32,000 bases of DNA. Source: Trichodesmium erythraeum IMS101 (GTDB lineage: Bacteria; Cyanobacteriota; Cyanobacteriia; Cyanobacteriales; Microcoleaceae). The DNA lies in NCBI RefSeq assembly GCF_000014265.1, contig NC_008312.1, positions 1,980,001 through 2,012,000 of the forward strand, written 5' to 3'. Every line of letters begins with the position of its first letter. The first letter of the stretch is position 1. The translations under genes and the position numbers were made by a program. Below, one piece after another: positions 10,283 through 20,614 of this stretch. The notes below the pieces were generated by a model, which saw nothing but the letters and a program-made list of their open reading frames with translations, was not told the origin of the DNA and searched no databases.

Positions 10283-10473
10283 AATAATCAATTAAGCTTC
10301 ATAAAACTAATATAAAATGTCACAATTAGTTATAGATAATATGAAGTCTTATTAATTAGCCATAATAAAAATGTTTTTATAACATCAATTGCTTGCAATT
10401 CCCAATTTACTAAATTTTTTTTTGTAGGTATTCAAAGAAACATGATATGAGCTCACCTCACAATCAAAATTTT

Positions 10474-10501
10474 GTAGGGATTAACCATAGTTAATCCCTA
10501 C
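10474..10501 (-). terminator. Putative intrinsic terminator of dnaK
   Basis: Perfect 12-bp stem gtagggattaac / gttaatccctac with loop cata, ~40 nt downstream of the dnaK stop. On the minus strand it is followed by aaaattttg, so the U tract is short and interrupted. Confidence 0.5.
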
Positions 10502-10541
10502 TGTGGTCTACCCACATTAAAACTTTTATAATAATTATAGA

Positions 10542-12458
10542 TTACTTTGTTTCAGTAAAATCAGCATCAATTACATCATCTCCACCTGTAGCATTTGAAG
10601 AAGAAGCACCAGAACCAGCATCACTATTTGGTGTAGAACCTTCACCAGGTGCACCACCAGATTGTTGATACATATTGCTGCTAACACTGTAGAGAGCTTG
10701 TTGTAACTCAGTAGTCAGAGAAGTAATCTTCTCATCGTCTTCTTGAGCGACAGCATCGCGCAAGTCTTTAATCAAGCCTTCAATTTTAGTCTTATCCGCT
10801 TCAGGAACCTTATCCCCCAACTCCTGAATTTGCTTCTCAGCCTGATATGCTAGAGAGTCAGCTTGGTTCTTACGGTCAATTTTATCACGGCGCTCTTTGT
10901 CTGCAGTAGCATTTGCTTCTGCTTCTTTAACCATCCGATCGACTTCTGTATCAGGAAGAGTCGAAGCACCTGTAATACTAATAGATTGTTCTTTTCCAGT
11001 ACCTTTATCCTTCGCAGTTACATTCAGAATACCATTAGCATCAATATCAAAGGTAACTTCAATTTGAGGTACGCCACGAGGTGCTGCGGGGATACCATCT
11101 AAGCGGAAAGTTCCCAGACTCTTGTTATCGCTAGACATTTCTCGTTCGCCCTGCAGTACATGAATTTCTACATTTGTCTGACCATCTACAGCAGTTGAAA
11201 ATACTTCTGATTTTTTAGTAGGAATAGTAGTGTTGCGCGGAATAATTTTGGTCATTACTCCACCAAGAGTTTCCACACCCAGAGATAGAGGAGTAACATC
11301 TAATAAGAGAATATCTTTAACTTCACCTGCTAACACACCAGCTTGAATAGCAGCTCCAACAGCTACAACTTCATCAGGGTTAACACTTTGATTTGGTTCT
11401 TTACCTAGGACTTTTTTGACTATTTCTTGAACTGCTGGAATTCGAGTGGAACCACCAACCAATACTACTTCATCGATGGCTTTTTTATCTAACTTCGCAT
11501 CCCGAATGGCATTTTCTACAGGAATACGACAGCGATCAATGAGGTCGGAACATAGACCTTCAAATTCAGCTCTAGTAAGAGTTAGATCTAAATGCTTGGG
11601 CCCATCTTGAGTAGCAGTAATAAATGGTAAGTTAATTTCTGCCTGGGTAACACTAGAAAGTTCAATCTTAGCTTTTTCTGCTGCTTCTGTTAAACGTTGT
11701 AGTGCTTGTTTATCTTTACGCAGATCAATGCCTTCTACTTTGTTGAATTCTGCAGCGAGATAATCAACAATTTTCTTATCAAAGTCATCACCACCAAGGT
11801 GAGTATCACCAGAAGTAGCTAATACTTCAAAGACACCATCACCCACTTCTAGAATAGAAACGTCGAATGTACCACCACCAAGGTCAAATACTAAAATAGT
11901 TTCGTTACTTTTTTTATCTAAACCATAAGCTAGAGAAGCTGCTGTTGGTTCGTTGATAATTCGCAGTACTTCTACACCAGCAATTTTACCAGCATCCTTG
12001 GTTGCTTGTCTTTGGGAGTCATTGAAGTAAGCAGGTACGGTAATTACGGCTTGCGTTACTTGTTCACCAAGATATTTACTAGCATCATCTATTAGTTTAC
12101 GAAGTACTTGGGCTGAAATTTCTTCAGAGGCAAATTGTTTTTTTAGTGCTTGGCAATCTAATTTAACGTTACCGTTAATGTTGAGAACTTTATAGGAAAC
12201 TTCAGTGGTTTCATGGGTTACTTCATCAAATTTACGCCCGATAAACCGCTTTACCGAATAGAAAGTATTTTGGGTGTTCATCACCGCTTGACGCTTGGCA
12301 ATTTGACCTACCAGTTGTTCTTCTTTTTTGCCATAAGCTACTACCGAAGGCGTTGTACGAAAACCTTCTGCATTAGCTATAACTGTAGGCTTACCACCTT
12401 CCATAACTGCAACACAAGAGTTTGTTGTGCCTAAATCAATTCCGACTACTTTTGCCAT
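10542..12458 (-). CDS. dnaK: Molecular chaperone DnaK (Hsp70), 638 aa
   Basis: Has [32 protein letters not shown], a full substrate-binding domain and an acidic tail ending [12 protein letters not shown] place the start at the ATG of [10 protein letters not shown]; the ORF-track start at 12506 is a TTG extension. Confidence 0.97.
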   Translation of the reverse strand: MAKVVGIDLGTTNSCVAVMEGGKPTVIANAEGFRTTPSVVAYGKKEEQLVGQIAKRQAVMNTQNTFYSVKRFIGRKFDEVTHETTEVSYKVLNINGNVKLDCQALKKQFASEEISAQVLRKLIDDASKYLGEQVTQAVITVPAYFNDSQRQATKDAGKIAGVEVLRIINEPTAASLAYGLDKKSNETILVFDLGGGTFDVSILEVGDGVFEVLATSGDTHLGGDDFDKKIVDYLAAEFNKVEGIDLRKDKQALQRLTEAAEKAKIELSSVTQAEINLPFITATQDGPKHLDLTLTRAEFEGLCSDLIDRCRIPVENAIRDAKLDKKAIDEVVLVGGSTRIPAVQEIVKKVLGKEPNQSVNPDEVVAVGAAIQAGVLAGEVKDILLLDVTPLSLGVETLGGVMTKIIPRNTTIPTKKSEVFSTAVDGQTNVEIHVLQGEREMSSDNKSLGTFRLDGIPAAPRGVPQIEVTFDIDANGILNVTAKDKGTGKEQSISITGASTLPDTEVDRMVKEAEANATADKERRDKIDRKNQADSLAYQAEKQIQELGDKVPEADKTKIEGLIKDLRDAVAQEDDEKITSLTTELQQALYSVSSNMYQQSGGAPGEGSTPNSDAGSGASSSNATGGDDVIDADFTETK

Positions 12459-13105
12459 AACAGTGTTTTTGCTCCAATAATTACAAAACTTTTGTTTATT
12501 TGTCAACCGTTCCCAGAAATCTACAAAAATTTGATAAAATCTAGAAATTATCTAATTTTTGGCCTATTTCTATTCGGTGCTTGCTTCTGGTAACATCAGC
12601 GTTATCCAATTCACAAGTTACCACGGCCGAACTAACCGCCGTTGCTAGAGTATAACTAGCATTTAAGCTCTATAAAAACTGAAACCACAATGTTCATAAT
12701 TCAACACTTTTTCTTTTCAGATATTAATATAGAAGCTATTTAATATTTTCAAAGTTAGAACAAGTGTTTCAACTAGGAAAACATTACTTTTGAGTCCTAG
12801 TAGTATAAAATAGATAATTAGTAATTATTACATCTTATACTAGTTACTAGCCCTACTTTTTCGGATTGACTTTAGGACTGATATTTCAGCTTAATCTAGG
12901 TTAAGTCTGAGGTAAGTCCATTTTAAATACAATCTTAAATCTTAAGATTAAGTTACTTATATCTATATTGCAGTTAGTTAGAGGATTCCATGAAGGTGTA
13001 TTTACCGAACATCAGCAAACATTGAATTCTCAGGAACTTTAATTTTTTATAGTTTTACCTCTTTTATATTTCTAATTTAGAGCTAGAAAGCTACAATTGT
13101 CATTG

Positions 13106-13150
13106 TGGCAAACCGTAGTAAAATGTTGTGTTTGCCGTCTTTATTTTTTT
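13106..13150 (+). terminator. Orphan intrinsic-terminator-like hairpin in otherwise unassigned DNA
   Basis: Stem tggcaaac / gtttgcc with a 16-nt loop, followed by gtctttattttttt. No plus-strand gene lies upstream. Confidence 0.35.
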
Positions 13151-13887
13151 CCTTACAGCAGTTTAGGAGTCTGGTGAGCTACAAAGTTTTATCACCTTAG
13201 TAAATACCGAATAGAAATTAGTTTTTAACTGTATCTCATCATCTGCGCCAAGTTCTTTAATCACTGGGTATGTATTAGATATCTTCAATAATACTGATTT
13301 TGGAACAGTTTATAATAATTTCAGAATCAATTCTTGAGATTTCATTTTTTTGATTTTTATTTCCGAAAATATTAATATCTAAAGTATTCTTTAAAATAAA
13401 AAAAACCATGTTTTACAGCAACATATTTTTTGAGTTTAAATACTTTTAATAATCCCTAATAATTCCTCTAAAAAATTATAAGATAATTTTACTTAAATGC
13501 TTATAGTTTTCCCTTAATAGCATAGTTTTAATGTGCATTTTGTAAGTTTTGTTAAGGTCAGAAACCTAACAAAAATAAGTATATGTTTGGTGTTGCTGTC
13601 ACTATTTTAATGGTCGTGCTTTTAATTCCACACAGAATTTCATGTCGGCGACACTCAAAAACACAAACATCCTGTGGAGAAAAGCCTAACCTAAGGCAAA
13701 CAGTTATGTATTAATACATCACATCACATAGGAAGTAAGATTTTCAAGGTGTGAAACTAAAACTCCTCTAGTGCATAAATCTTGTCTGCGTAGGAACTTG
13801 TAGGGACGTTCGATGAAAAGTCTTCACTATAGTCTACTAATTATAAATAAAGCAAGGCAATACTCAAGTCAAGCAGGAGGGAAGAGG

Positions 13888-14036
13888 AATTAGAGTTGTT
13901 TTGTGTGAGAAAATTAAAAAAGCTTAAAAGCTTACCCTATAGGTTTTTCAAAATCTCAATTTTTAAGAGCACGCTTAAACTGAACTTGTTTTGGGTTTTA
14001 GCCATTTTTTTTGGCTTAATTCCCAACAACTCTATT
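13888..14036 (+). mobile_element. MITE-like element, copy A (~149 bp) with terminal inverted repeats (t/a)tagagttgtt(g/t)(g/t)g
   Basis: Starts aattagagttgttttgtg and ends cccaacaactctatt. It aligns over its whole length, at roughly 80% identity by eye, with the reverse complement of 18379-18525. Confidence 0.8.
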
Positions 14037-14205
14037 GATCCTAACGCCGAAGGTAATAGACTTCTGGTTTAGGAAGCAGGGGTTAATATCCCTCACAACA
14101 ATTCCAGTTCAGTAGCCCCAGTTCAGGAAGTCCTGAACGGTAGCTTCTATCTCCTGCCTTTTCAAAATAGTTGTAAACCCTTAACAGAAAAGATAAATAA
14201 TTCAG

Positions 14206-16482
14206 CTAAACTTTTGCTTTTGGCTTAAAATTACGCAATCTCAAAGCATTAGTAACTACGGAAACCGAACTAAATGCCATTGCTCCACCTGCAATAATGG
14301 GGTTCAATAACCAACCAGTTAAAGGATATAAAATACCGGCAGCAATAGGAATGCCTAAAGTATTATAAATGAAGGCAAAAAACAGATTTTGACGAATATT
14401 TTTTATAGTCGCACGACTCAGCTTAATTGCTGTAATAATGCCAGTTAAGTCTCCAGAAATTAATGTAATATCGCTAGAGGCGATCGCTACATCTGTACCT
14501 GTACCAATAGCTATTCCTACATCTGCTTGAGCTAATGCTGGAGCATCATTAATCCCATCTCCCACCATTGCTACAATTTGATGGTCATTCCTTCTTTTTT
14601 TCTTTTCTAATTGGAGATTTTTCACAGTTTCAGCTTTTTGGTCTGGGCGTACTTCAGCAAATATTTTACTAATACCAACTTCAGCACCAATAGCTTCTGC
14701 TGTTCGGCGATTATCTCCCGTTAGCATCACAACTTCTATTCCCATTTTTTGTAATGTTTGAACCACATTTTTTGAGGATGGTTTTAAAGTATCAGCTATG
14801 GCAAATATTCCCTCAATTTCACCATCAATTGCTATCCAGGCAGTAGTTTTTCTATCTGCTTCTAATTTATCTTGATAATTTAGGAAATTAGTAATCTCAA
14901 TTCCTAACTCATTCATCCAGCGATCAGTACCAATTTGTACCAATCTATCAAATACTATTCCTTGAACACCCATACCAGAGATGGCCTCAAATCTTTCTGG
15001 TTCTGGTAGGGGAAATTTTATACCTTGACCTTTAGCATATTCGACAATTGCTGTAGCTAAAGGATGTTCAGATTTTCTCTCAACTGCTGCTGCTATTTTT
15101 AACAATTTTATTTCGTTTTCATTGGTAGTTCCTTGAGTAGTTATGTAGTCAGTAACTGTAGGTCTACCTTTAGTAAGAGTACCTGTTTTATCTAGGATAA
15201 TTGTTTCAATTTTATGAGTAACTTCTAAACTATTTGCACCTTTAATTAATATCCCATTTTCTGCACCTTTTCCTGTTCCTACCATAACAGAAGTAGGGGT
15301 AGCTAATCCTAAAGCACAAGGACAAGCAATTATTAATACACTAACTGTTGTAATTAGTGACATTGTTAAATTGCCAGTCAAATTAATCCAAATAAGAAAA
15401 GTAGCGATCGCTACCCCCATCACTACAGGTACAAACCAGGAAATTACCATATCTGCTAATTTTTGAATTGGTGCTTTTGAAGCTTGTGCCTGTTGAACTA
15501 ACTTAATTATTTGAGCTAATACTGTATCTTTTCCCACTCTGGCAGCCTCAAATTTAAAACTACCAGTTTGATTAATTGTTACTCCAATAACTTCATCTCC
15601 AGGTTTTTTTTCTACAGGCACACTTTCACCAGTTACCATCGATTCATCTACTGTAGAAAAACCTTCTTTTATTTTCCCATCAACTGGAATTTTTTCCCCA
15701 GGACGAACAACAATTAAATCGCCAATTTTGACTTTTTCAATCATAATATCTATTTCTTTTCCATCTCGAATAACTCTAGCAGTTTTTGCCTGCAAACCCA
15801 TCAATTTTTGAATAGCTGCTGAGGTCTGTTTACGGGCGCGATGTTCGAGCAATTTACCTAATAGAATTAAAGTAATAATAGTAGCTGCTGCTTCATAATA
15901 AACATCAGGATTTAATCCTTGTCTAGTAAAAAAAATTGGGGAAAATGTGGGGAACAGAGAATACAAATAAGCCGCACCTGTACCTATAGCAACTAAAGTA
16001 TTCATATCTACATAACGATTTTTTAATCCTTTAATAGCAGCAAAAAAAAATGATTTGCCACACCAAATCATAACTAGCGTTGTTAATATTAATTGTATTA
16101 AGGGATTGCCTAACCATGAAGGTATCCAAGACAAGTTTAATCCGGTCATCATTGGTAAAGAACCAATAATTAAAATTACACTAATAGTACCACCAAATAT
16201 AACTTTATTGATCATTTTTCGTTCTATTTGGTGATTTTCTCTATCTTTGTCTAATAAATTTATTGTTTCCTGAAGTAGTTGTGCTTCAAAGCCAATATTT
16301 GTTACAGATTCTTGAATTTTATGTAAATTTGTTTTCTGGGAATTAAACTTAACTGTTGCTTGTCCTATTGCAAAGTTAACTTGGCATTCTGCTACACCAG
16401 TTACATTTTCAATTGCCTTTTGAATTTTATTAGCACAGCCAGCACAACTCATGCCTTTTAACTCTAGATATCTTATTTCCAT
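14206..16482 (-). CDS. Copper-translocating P1B-type ATPase (CtaA/PacS/CopA-like), 758 aa
   Basis: One N-terminal HMA domain ([11 protein letters not shown]), the TGES loop ([10 protein letters not shown]), a CPC in the TM helix ([11 protein letters not shown]), DKTGTLT, SEHPLA and [10 protein letters not shown]. The SD-like aggagg lies 6 nt before the ATG. Confidence 0.95.
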   Translation of the reverse strand: MEIRYLELKGMSCAGCANKIQKAIENVTGVAECQVNFAIGQATVKFNSQKTNLHKIQESVTNIGFEAQLLQETINLLDKDRENHQIERKMINKVIFGGTISVILIIGSLPMMTGLNLSWIPSWLGNPLIQLILTTLVMIWCGKSFFFAAIKGLKNRYVDMNTLVAIGTGAAYLYSLFPTFSPIFFTRQGLNPDVYYEAAATIITLILLGKLLEHRARKQTSAAIQKLMGLQAKTARVIRDGKEIDIMIEKVKIGDLIVVRPGEKIPVDGKIKEGFSTVDESMVTGESVPVEKKPGDEVIGVTINQTGSFKFEAARVGKDTVLAQIIKLVQQAQASKAPIQKLADMVISWFVPVVMGVAIATFLIWINLTGNLTMSLITTVSVLIIACPCALGLATPTSVMVGTGKGAENGILIKGANSLEVTHKIETIILDKTGTLTKGRPTVTDYITTQGTTNENEIKLLKIAAAVERKSEHPLATAIVEYAKGQGIKFPLPEPERFEAISGMGVQGIVFDRLVQIGTDRWMNELGIEITNFLNYQDKLEADRKTTAWIAIDGEIEGIFAIADTLKPSSKNVVQTLQKMGIEVVMLTGDNRRTAEAIGAEVGISKIFAEVRPDQKAETVKNLQLEKKKRRNDHQIVAMVGDGINDAPALAQADVGIAIGTGTDVAIASSDITLISGDLTGIITAIKLSRATIKNIRQNLFFAFIYNTLGIPIAAGILYPLTGWLLNPIIAGGAMAFSSVSVVTNALRLRNFKPKAKV

Positions 16483-17149
16483 AATTGCCTCCTGATGACG
16501 AGCGTGATAAATTTAGCTTCAAAGCTTTAAAATCAATTCTCTAGTTAACTCGAAAGAAATAATACTATTTACCAAAAACTTTTCTATGCTAGCTATTAAG
16601 TAGGACACCCACCCCTAAGCCCGACCGTGGACAGGGGAGTAGAGGATTAGAGAGTAGGGAACTGTCATACAATTTCTGTACAACATAAGAATAATTAACG
16701 CGCTACAGGCTCTTTATTATCAAAAAAATCATTTAGCTCATCTTCATTACTTAATAATTAAAATATAACTTATATTATAGCATTACTTTTGATGCTTAGC
16801 ATGAGTAGTTAGGCATAAATAAATGTTTTTACAAAAAATATAAAAAAGAAGCTAGAAACAACTTCTCAAATACTTCTCACAATTTTGAATTCCTATTGCT
16901 ATTTGAAGGATAATTACAATCATCTACTTATAAACTAACCAATTTCATAAAATATTCTTACAGTTATTGTACTTACGAGATTTACCCATAACTAATGTAT
17001 ATAACAGAGGTATTTTCTTACGGAATACTACGCCAACGTGTTGTGGAGCAAGCATGGTCTTTCCCTTTTACGTATGCTGTATGATTTGATATGTGTGCAT
17101 AAGTCCTGAGTTATTATTTCCCATTGATCAGACAGCCAAAAAGAAAGAG

Positions 17150-17325
17150 GAAATATATATGATATCAAAGAGTACTTTACTATCCCTAAAAGTTATTTAA
17201 TAAACCAATACAAGACTTAGATTAAAAATGTAGTTTTGCTTTCCAAGTCTTTTATTATTAGATCCGAATATGTTTGGATTGAGACTTTGGACATTTCATA
17301 CTTTTTCTCTTTTATTTTTCTCTCC
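17150..17325 (-). pseudogene. IS1-family relic, 5' end fragment only
   Basis: 17287-17325 (ttggacatttcatactttttctcttttatttttctctc) is near-identical to 8909-8945 (ctggacatttcatactttttcccttttattttttctc), the start-codon region of the 8270-8920 relic. The minus strand reads MKCPKSQSKHIRI***KTWKAKLHF. The lower boundary is uncertain. Confidence 0.55.
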
Positions 17326-17563
17326 CTCTCTGTCATTCATCCTGCAAATATGCAACACCAAAATTTGAGATGTAACTACCTAAACACTAAGAATTTAGTA
17401 TAATTTCATAAAATCATTGTTTTTTTCTAAGCTTGATAAATTACAACTTGTATTCTATATCTTTTATATAACGTTTATTAAGCTACTAAGGTACAATTAT
17501 TTTTCTTCTTTTATATTCACTGTTTCCTGCATTCCTAATCTCTCAAATAATATCAAAATAACA

Positions 17564-18322
17564 ATGAACAATCAAACAGCTATTTATTGTCATAATCTCA
17601 ATAAAATTTATGCTAATGGAACTGTTGCCTTACAAAACATGAACTTAACAATTAACCAAGGAGAATTTTTGACTATTGTCGGACCTTCTGGATGTGGAAA
17701 AAGTACGGTATTGCGATTAATAGCAAAATTAAGTGATGTTACTTCAGGTAAAATTGAGTCAAATATAAATCAGAAGAAACATGAATTAGCTTTTGTGTTT
17801 CAAGAACCAGCATTAATGCCTTGGTCTCAGGTTATTGATAATGTGTATCTACCTCTTAAATTAGCGGGAAGATCTCTCAGAGAAGCCCGAACAATAGTGC
17901 AAGAAGCAATTAATTTAGTAGGTTTAGATGGTTTTGAGTGTTCTTATCCACGAGAGCTATCAGGTGGTATGAAAATGCGAGTTTCTATTGCTAGAGCATT
18001 AGTAACTCAGCCAAAAATTGTGTTGATGGATGAACCTTTTGGTGCTTTAGATGAAATGACTCGTAATAAGTTAAATAGTGATTTATTAGGGGTATGGAAA
18101 AAACGAAATTGGACTGTAGTTTTTGTTACTCATAATATTTATGAAGCGGTATATTTATCTCAACGAGTAATTGTTATGGCTGCTCGTCCTGGCAGGGTAG
18201 TAGCAGATGTCAAAATAGATGCCACTTATCCTCGTAGTGAAGACTTCCGAATGTCACAATTATGTAATGATTATTGTCGGAAAATTTCTAATTATTTAAA
18301 AATGGCAGTATCAAATTCTTAA
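17564..18322 (+). CDS. ABC transporter ATP-binding protein, NitT/TauT (nitrate/sulfonate/bicarbonate) family, 252 aa, no cognate permease or binding protein nearby
   Basis: Has Walker A GPSGCGKST, signature LSGGMKMRVSIARAL, Walker B IVLMDEPFGALD and H-loop VTHN. The start is placed at the ATG of MNNQTAIYCHNL; the ORF-track 5' extension (17417) is low-complexity, AT-rich and TTG-initiated. Confidence 0.9.
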   Translation: MNNQTAIYCHNLNKIYANGTVALQNMNLTINQGEFLTIVGPSGCGKSTVLRLIAKLSDVTSGKIESNINQKKHELAFVFQEPALMPWSQVIDNVYLPLKLAGRSLREARTIVQEAINLVGLDGFECSYPRELSGGMKMRVSIARALVTQPKIVLMDEPFGALDEMTRNKLNSDLLGVWKKRNWTVVFVTHNIYEAVYLSQRVIVMAARPGRVVADVKIDATYPRSEDFRMSQLCNDYCRKISNYLKMAVSNS

Positions 18323-18378
18323 TACTAATTCTCAAAAAAAATACTATGCTTAGGTAAGACTTCAATTATTCAATAATT

Positions 18379-18525
18379 AATAGAGTTGTTGGGCATTAAG
18401 CCAAAAAAATGGCTAAAACCTAAAACAAGTTCAGGTTTAGAGTGCTTTTAAGGATTAAAATCATGAAAGCCTCATAGAGTAAACTTTTAAGCATGTTGAA
18501 TCTTCCTACACCCAACAACTCTAAT
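18379..18525 (-). mobile_element. MITE-like element, copy B (~147 bp), inverted relative to copy A
   Basis: Starts aatagagttgttgggcattaagcc and ends cacccaacaactctaat. Its reverse complement aligns with 13888-14036. Confidence 0.8.
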
Positions 18526-18549
18526 ATACACCAATAAGCTTTTTGATAA

Positions 18550-19075
18550 TTAATGCACCCCAAGTCATTTAATTATTCTAATATAGGAATTACCAAAAAC
18601 TACTGTATCTATTAGATATCAGCGGTCGCCTTTGCTCCGAACATATTTGTGTAGCATTCTATAGGAAAAGTCTAAATATGAGACTAATATTTGCAAATGT
18701 GAAAGTGGTTATCATCGACCTTCCCTATCTATTTGCGCAGTTTTCCTTACGGAATGATGGCATATAAGGGCTAAAAACAATATTTTGAGGGAAGTTGCGA
18801 TGACAAAAATTTGATGCTCAAGCAGTAGAATTATTTGTACAATGTGCAATGTTAAATCGAATGATTCAAATAGGTAAACCTCAGAGTTACATGGATTGAA
18901 ATCTAGTTACTTCCAATGGGGGAGTGGTTTGCATTGCCGGAACCTAGTGGTAGCAAAAACGATCTTCCAAATGTAGCTCCACCAATAACAACGGTGGCGG
19001 CATTGATAGAAATGTTGGGGGGATTTTTTTTGTCGAAAAAAGGTGTTACATAGTGACAAATGATTAGGAGAGTTG
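18550..19075 (+). pseudogene. Possible N-terminal half of an IS4-like DDE transposase relic (continues at 19802)
   Basis: Weak evidence. Fragments such as GIDRNVGGIFFV (compare LDRTQW..NLFV) lie just before the IS1-like insertion. Placement relative to the convincing C-terminal half is the main argument. Confidence 0.3.
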
Positions 19076-19079
19076 AGGA

Positions 19080-19748
19080 ATTTGCCGATATTTCAAATAA
19101 TATATCAGCAAGCACATTGACTTGCATAATATATCAATTGACTTGGAGTAGCATAAAGTTTTATAATGTAACCTAGCTAAATAGTTTCAATGACAGCAGT
19201 TTTATCTTTCTATTCTGGTCATGGCTGTTTTACTAACATTGTGATCGCAATTCTCAATTAAGCAAGTATAAACTTTGTAGCTATCAGTAACATAAAGAAA
19301 ACAAGCCCAAACTTGAATTATCTGCCACAATATTGTGAAGGTAACGGCGCAACCTACGCTGATAACAAACTTAAGAATTCCTGGCATTTGACTATTTACA
19401 ACACTTGAGACCCGAATTTTGTTTTTTTTGAGCCGATAAAAGTTTGTAGTACATCAAGCGTGAGCATTTTCAACAATTGCTATTTTCTTTTCAGGAATTT
19501 GTCCTACAGCCAGTTATAACCAATTAAGCACTGTATTATGAAAAATATCAGTTACTCTCTCAATAGCTCGAAATCCCATGCTGTTAAGGGACATCTTGAC
19601 ACACAGCTCTTTAACATTATAACTATAGCCCTAAAGAGCTGGAATTTTCTTGGAATTGACGGCCACACTCACGGCATAAATAACTCTGCTTTTCCTAAAG
19701 ATGACCATTTTTGACTACTTTATGACCTTAACAATAGGGATAATTCAT
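19080..19748 (-). pseudogene. IS1-family transposase relic, near full length, inserted inside the IS4-like relic
   Basis: Minus-strand reading gives MNYPYC*GHKVVKNG..., then YLCRECGRQFQE, ...MGFRAIERVTDIFHNTVLNW..., ...GSKKNKIRV..., and ORF 19202-19387 with FTILWQIIQVWACFLYVTDSYKVYTCLIENCDHNVSKTAMTRIER. It continues LARLHYKTLCYSKS and ...LLIYYLKY. Confidence 0.75.
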
Positions 19749-19801
19749 ATTAATGCTTCCAATATATCATTCTATATGATGCAAAATTTCAAAAACCAGC
19801 A

Positions 19802-20410
19802 TTACCTATTTACTGGCAAGTTTTGAATTACAAAGGCTCTACTAATTTGACTTAACAGAAGGCACTGATAAAACGAGTTTTAAGGTTATTGAAAAAATAT
19901 CAACTGGTTATTTCTTATTCGAGCAGGAGAGTCCCAAGGTGCAGATTTATCACAGTGGTTGAAAAATTTAACATCACCTCAAAAAGTTTATTTTATATTC
20001 AAGGATAATCACTATCGTCAACTTGGAATAAATTACTATAAACTGATAATTTTGGGGATAAATCTCGGAACAAAAATATTTTTAAGTAACATGAATTTTT
20101 CTAAAAAAATAGGTTTTTGTAAATTTAATATATCTACTTCCCAGGAGTTTTTGTTTGACATCCTCCCAGACTATGAAGGGCAAAGAAATTCTACCAAGGG
20201 TGAGCTCCCATGGGGATTAATTTTTTGCACTTAGCACGCGCTACCAACTCCACAGGCTATTTCATCAAACGGTTACCTCCGTGTCCGTCTTTTTGTCTCG
20301 GACTGCCTATACGCGATTGATTAATTAATAAAACAATATAACTAGAGAGTGGGAAGTTCTAGTAAGAACTATTGTGATCTTTGGCTTATAGCTATCTCAA
20401 GGTTAGAAAC
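19802..20410 (+). pseudogene. IS4-like DDE transposase relic, C-terminal half
   Basis: Reads LPIYWQVLNYKGSTNLT*QKALIKRVLRLLKKYQLVI, then in a shifted frame ...ADLSQWLKNLTSPQKVYFIFKDNHYRQLG...GTKIFLSNMNFSKKIGFCKFNI...ELPWGLIF. This resembles cyanobacterial IS4-family proteins (LPVYWQxLxKxGxSNLxEQxALIxPVLxLLKKYxxVIxGDREFH...KVYFxFRQK...KKGFGxFNLAAYWKR...EPWYLLTNL). The tail reaches ...WLIAIS (LLIAIAYT). Confidence 0.6.
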
Positions 20411-20614
20411 TTTTTTGAGAACACTATAAATGCTGTAAGCTAATTTATATAATACTTTTAGCCTTTAAAGCCAATAGTTTTTTAGGATAACTTTGTAAGA
20501 TCGAGAATACAACAAAACAACTAAAAAGTAACTCGCTTATGGGCCCTATGGACGAGGCTTTAAAGCCAATTTTTTGTGTAAAATAGAAATAATCAAAAAT
20601 TTAAAACCATAAAA

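Noticed and set aside
10863-12434. ORFs 10863-11102 (+) and 12213-12434 (+) inside dnaK
   Set aside because: They lie antisense within a clearly intact, highly conserved CDS, and their products are low-complexity with no recognisable motifs. Antisense ORFs 20822-21007 (lepB), 23067-23258 (cyclophilin), 25308-25550 (efp) and 26211-26450 (accB) are rejected for the same reason.
12459-12506. N-terminal extension of dnaK in the ORF track ([16 protein letters not shown])
   Set aside because: The extension starts at a TTG. The canonical DnaK N-terminus [14 protein letters not shown] begins at the internal ATG (12458).
12566-13222. 13-bp inverted match atttctattcggt / accgaatagaaat, 630 bp apart, upstream of dnaK
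   Set aside because: It is within chance expectation for this composition and distance, with no supporting extension of the match.
17417-17563. 49-codon N-terminal extension of the ABC ATPase ORF
   Set aside because: It is TTG-initiated, AT-rich and low-complexity (FYIFYITFIKLLRYNYFSSFIF). ABC ATPases of this family start a few residues before the first beta-strand, as the ATG at 17564 does.
6528-18262. Recurrent taatt-gtgacattt strings (6528 +, 6643 -, 10316 -, 18250 -), including an identical 13-mer aatgtcacaatta at 10316 and 18250
   Set aside because: In a 32-kb window with ~2/3 A+T, I estimate more than ten identical 13-mer pairs by chance. One copy lies inside the ABC ATPase CDS, and there is no consistent spacing to start codons.
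18903-19127. ORF 18903-19127 (-), and the idea that 18900-19030 (+) (WFALPEPSGSKNDLPNVAPPITTVAALIEML) is a remnant of the ABC permease
   Set aside because: The minus ORF is an out-of-frame read across the tail of the IS1 relic. The plus-strand similarity to a permease N-terminus is vague. The region fits at least as well as the N-terminal half of the IS4-like transposase that resumes at 19802.
19959-20234. ORF 19959-20234 (+) as a gene
   Set aside because: It is simply the longest open stretch of the decayed IS4-like transposase frame, not an independent gene.
20235-20275. tRNA D-arm-like string (gcgctaccaactccacaggcta) and GC-rich patch after ORF 19959-20234
   Set aside because: It cannot be folded into a cloverleaf. 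It is better explained as the continuation of the IS4-like transposase relic (…FVSDC… compared with …MFKDCK…).
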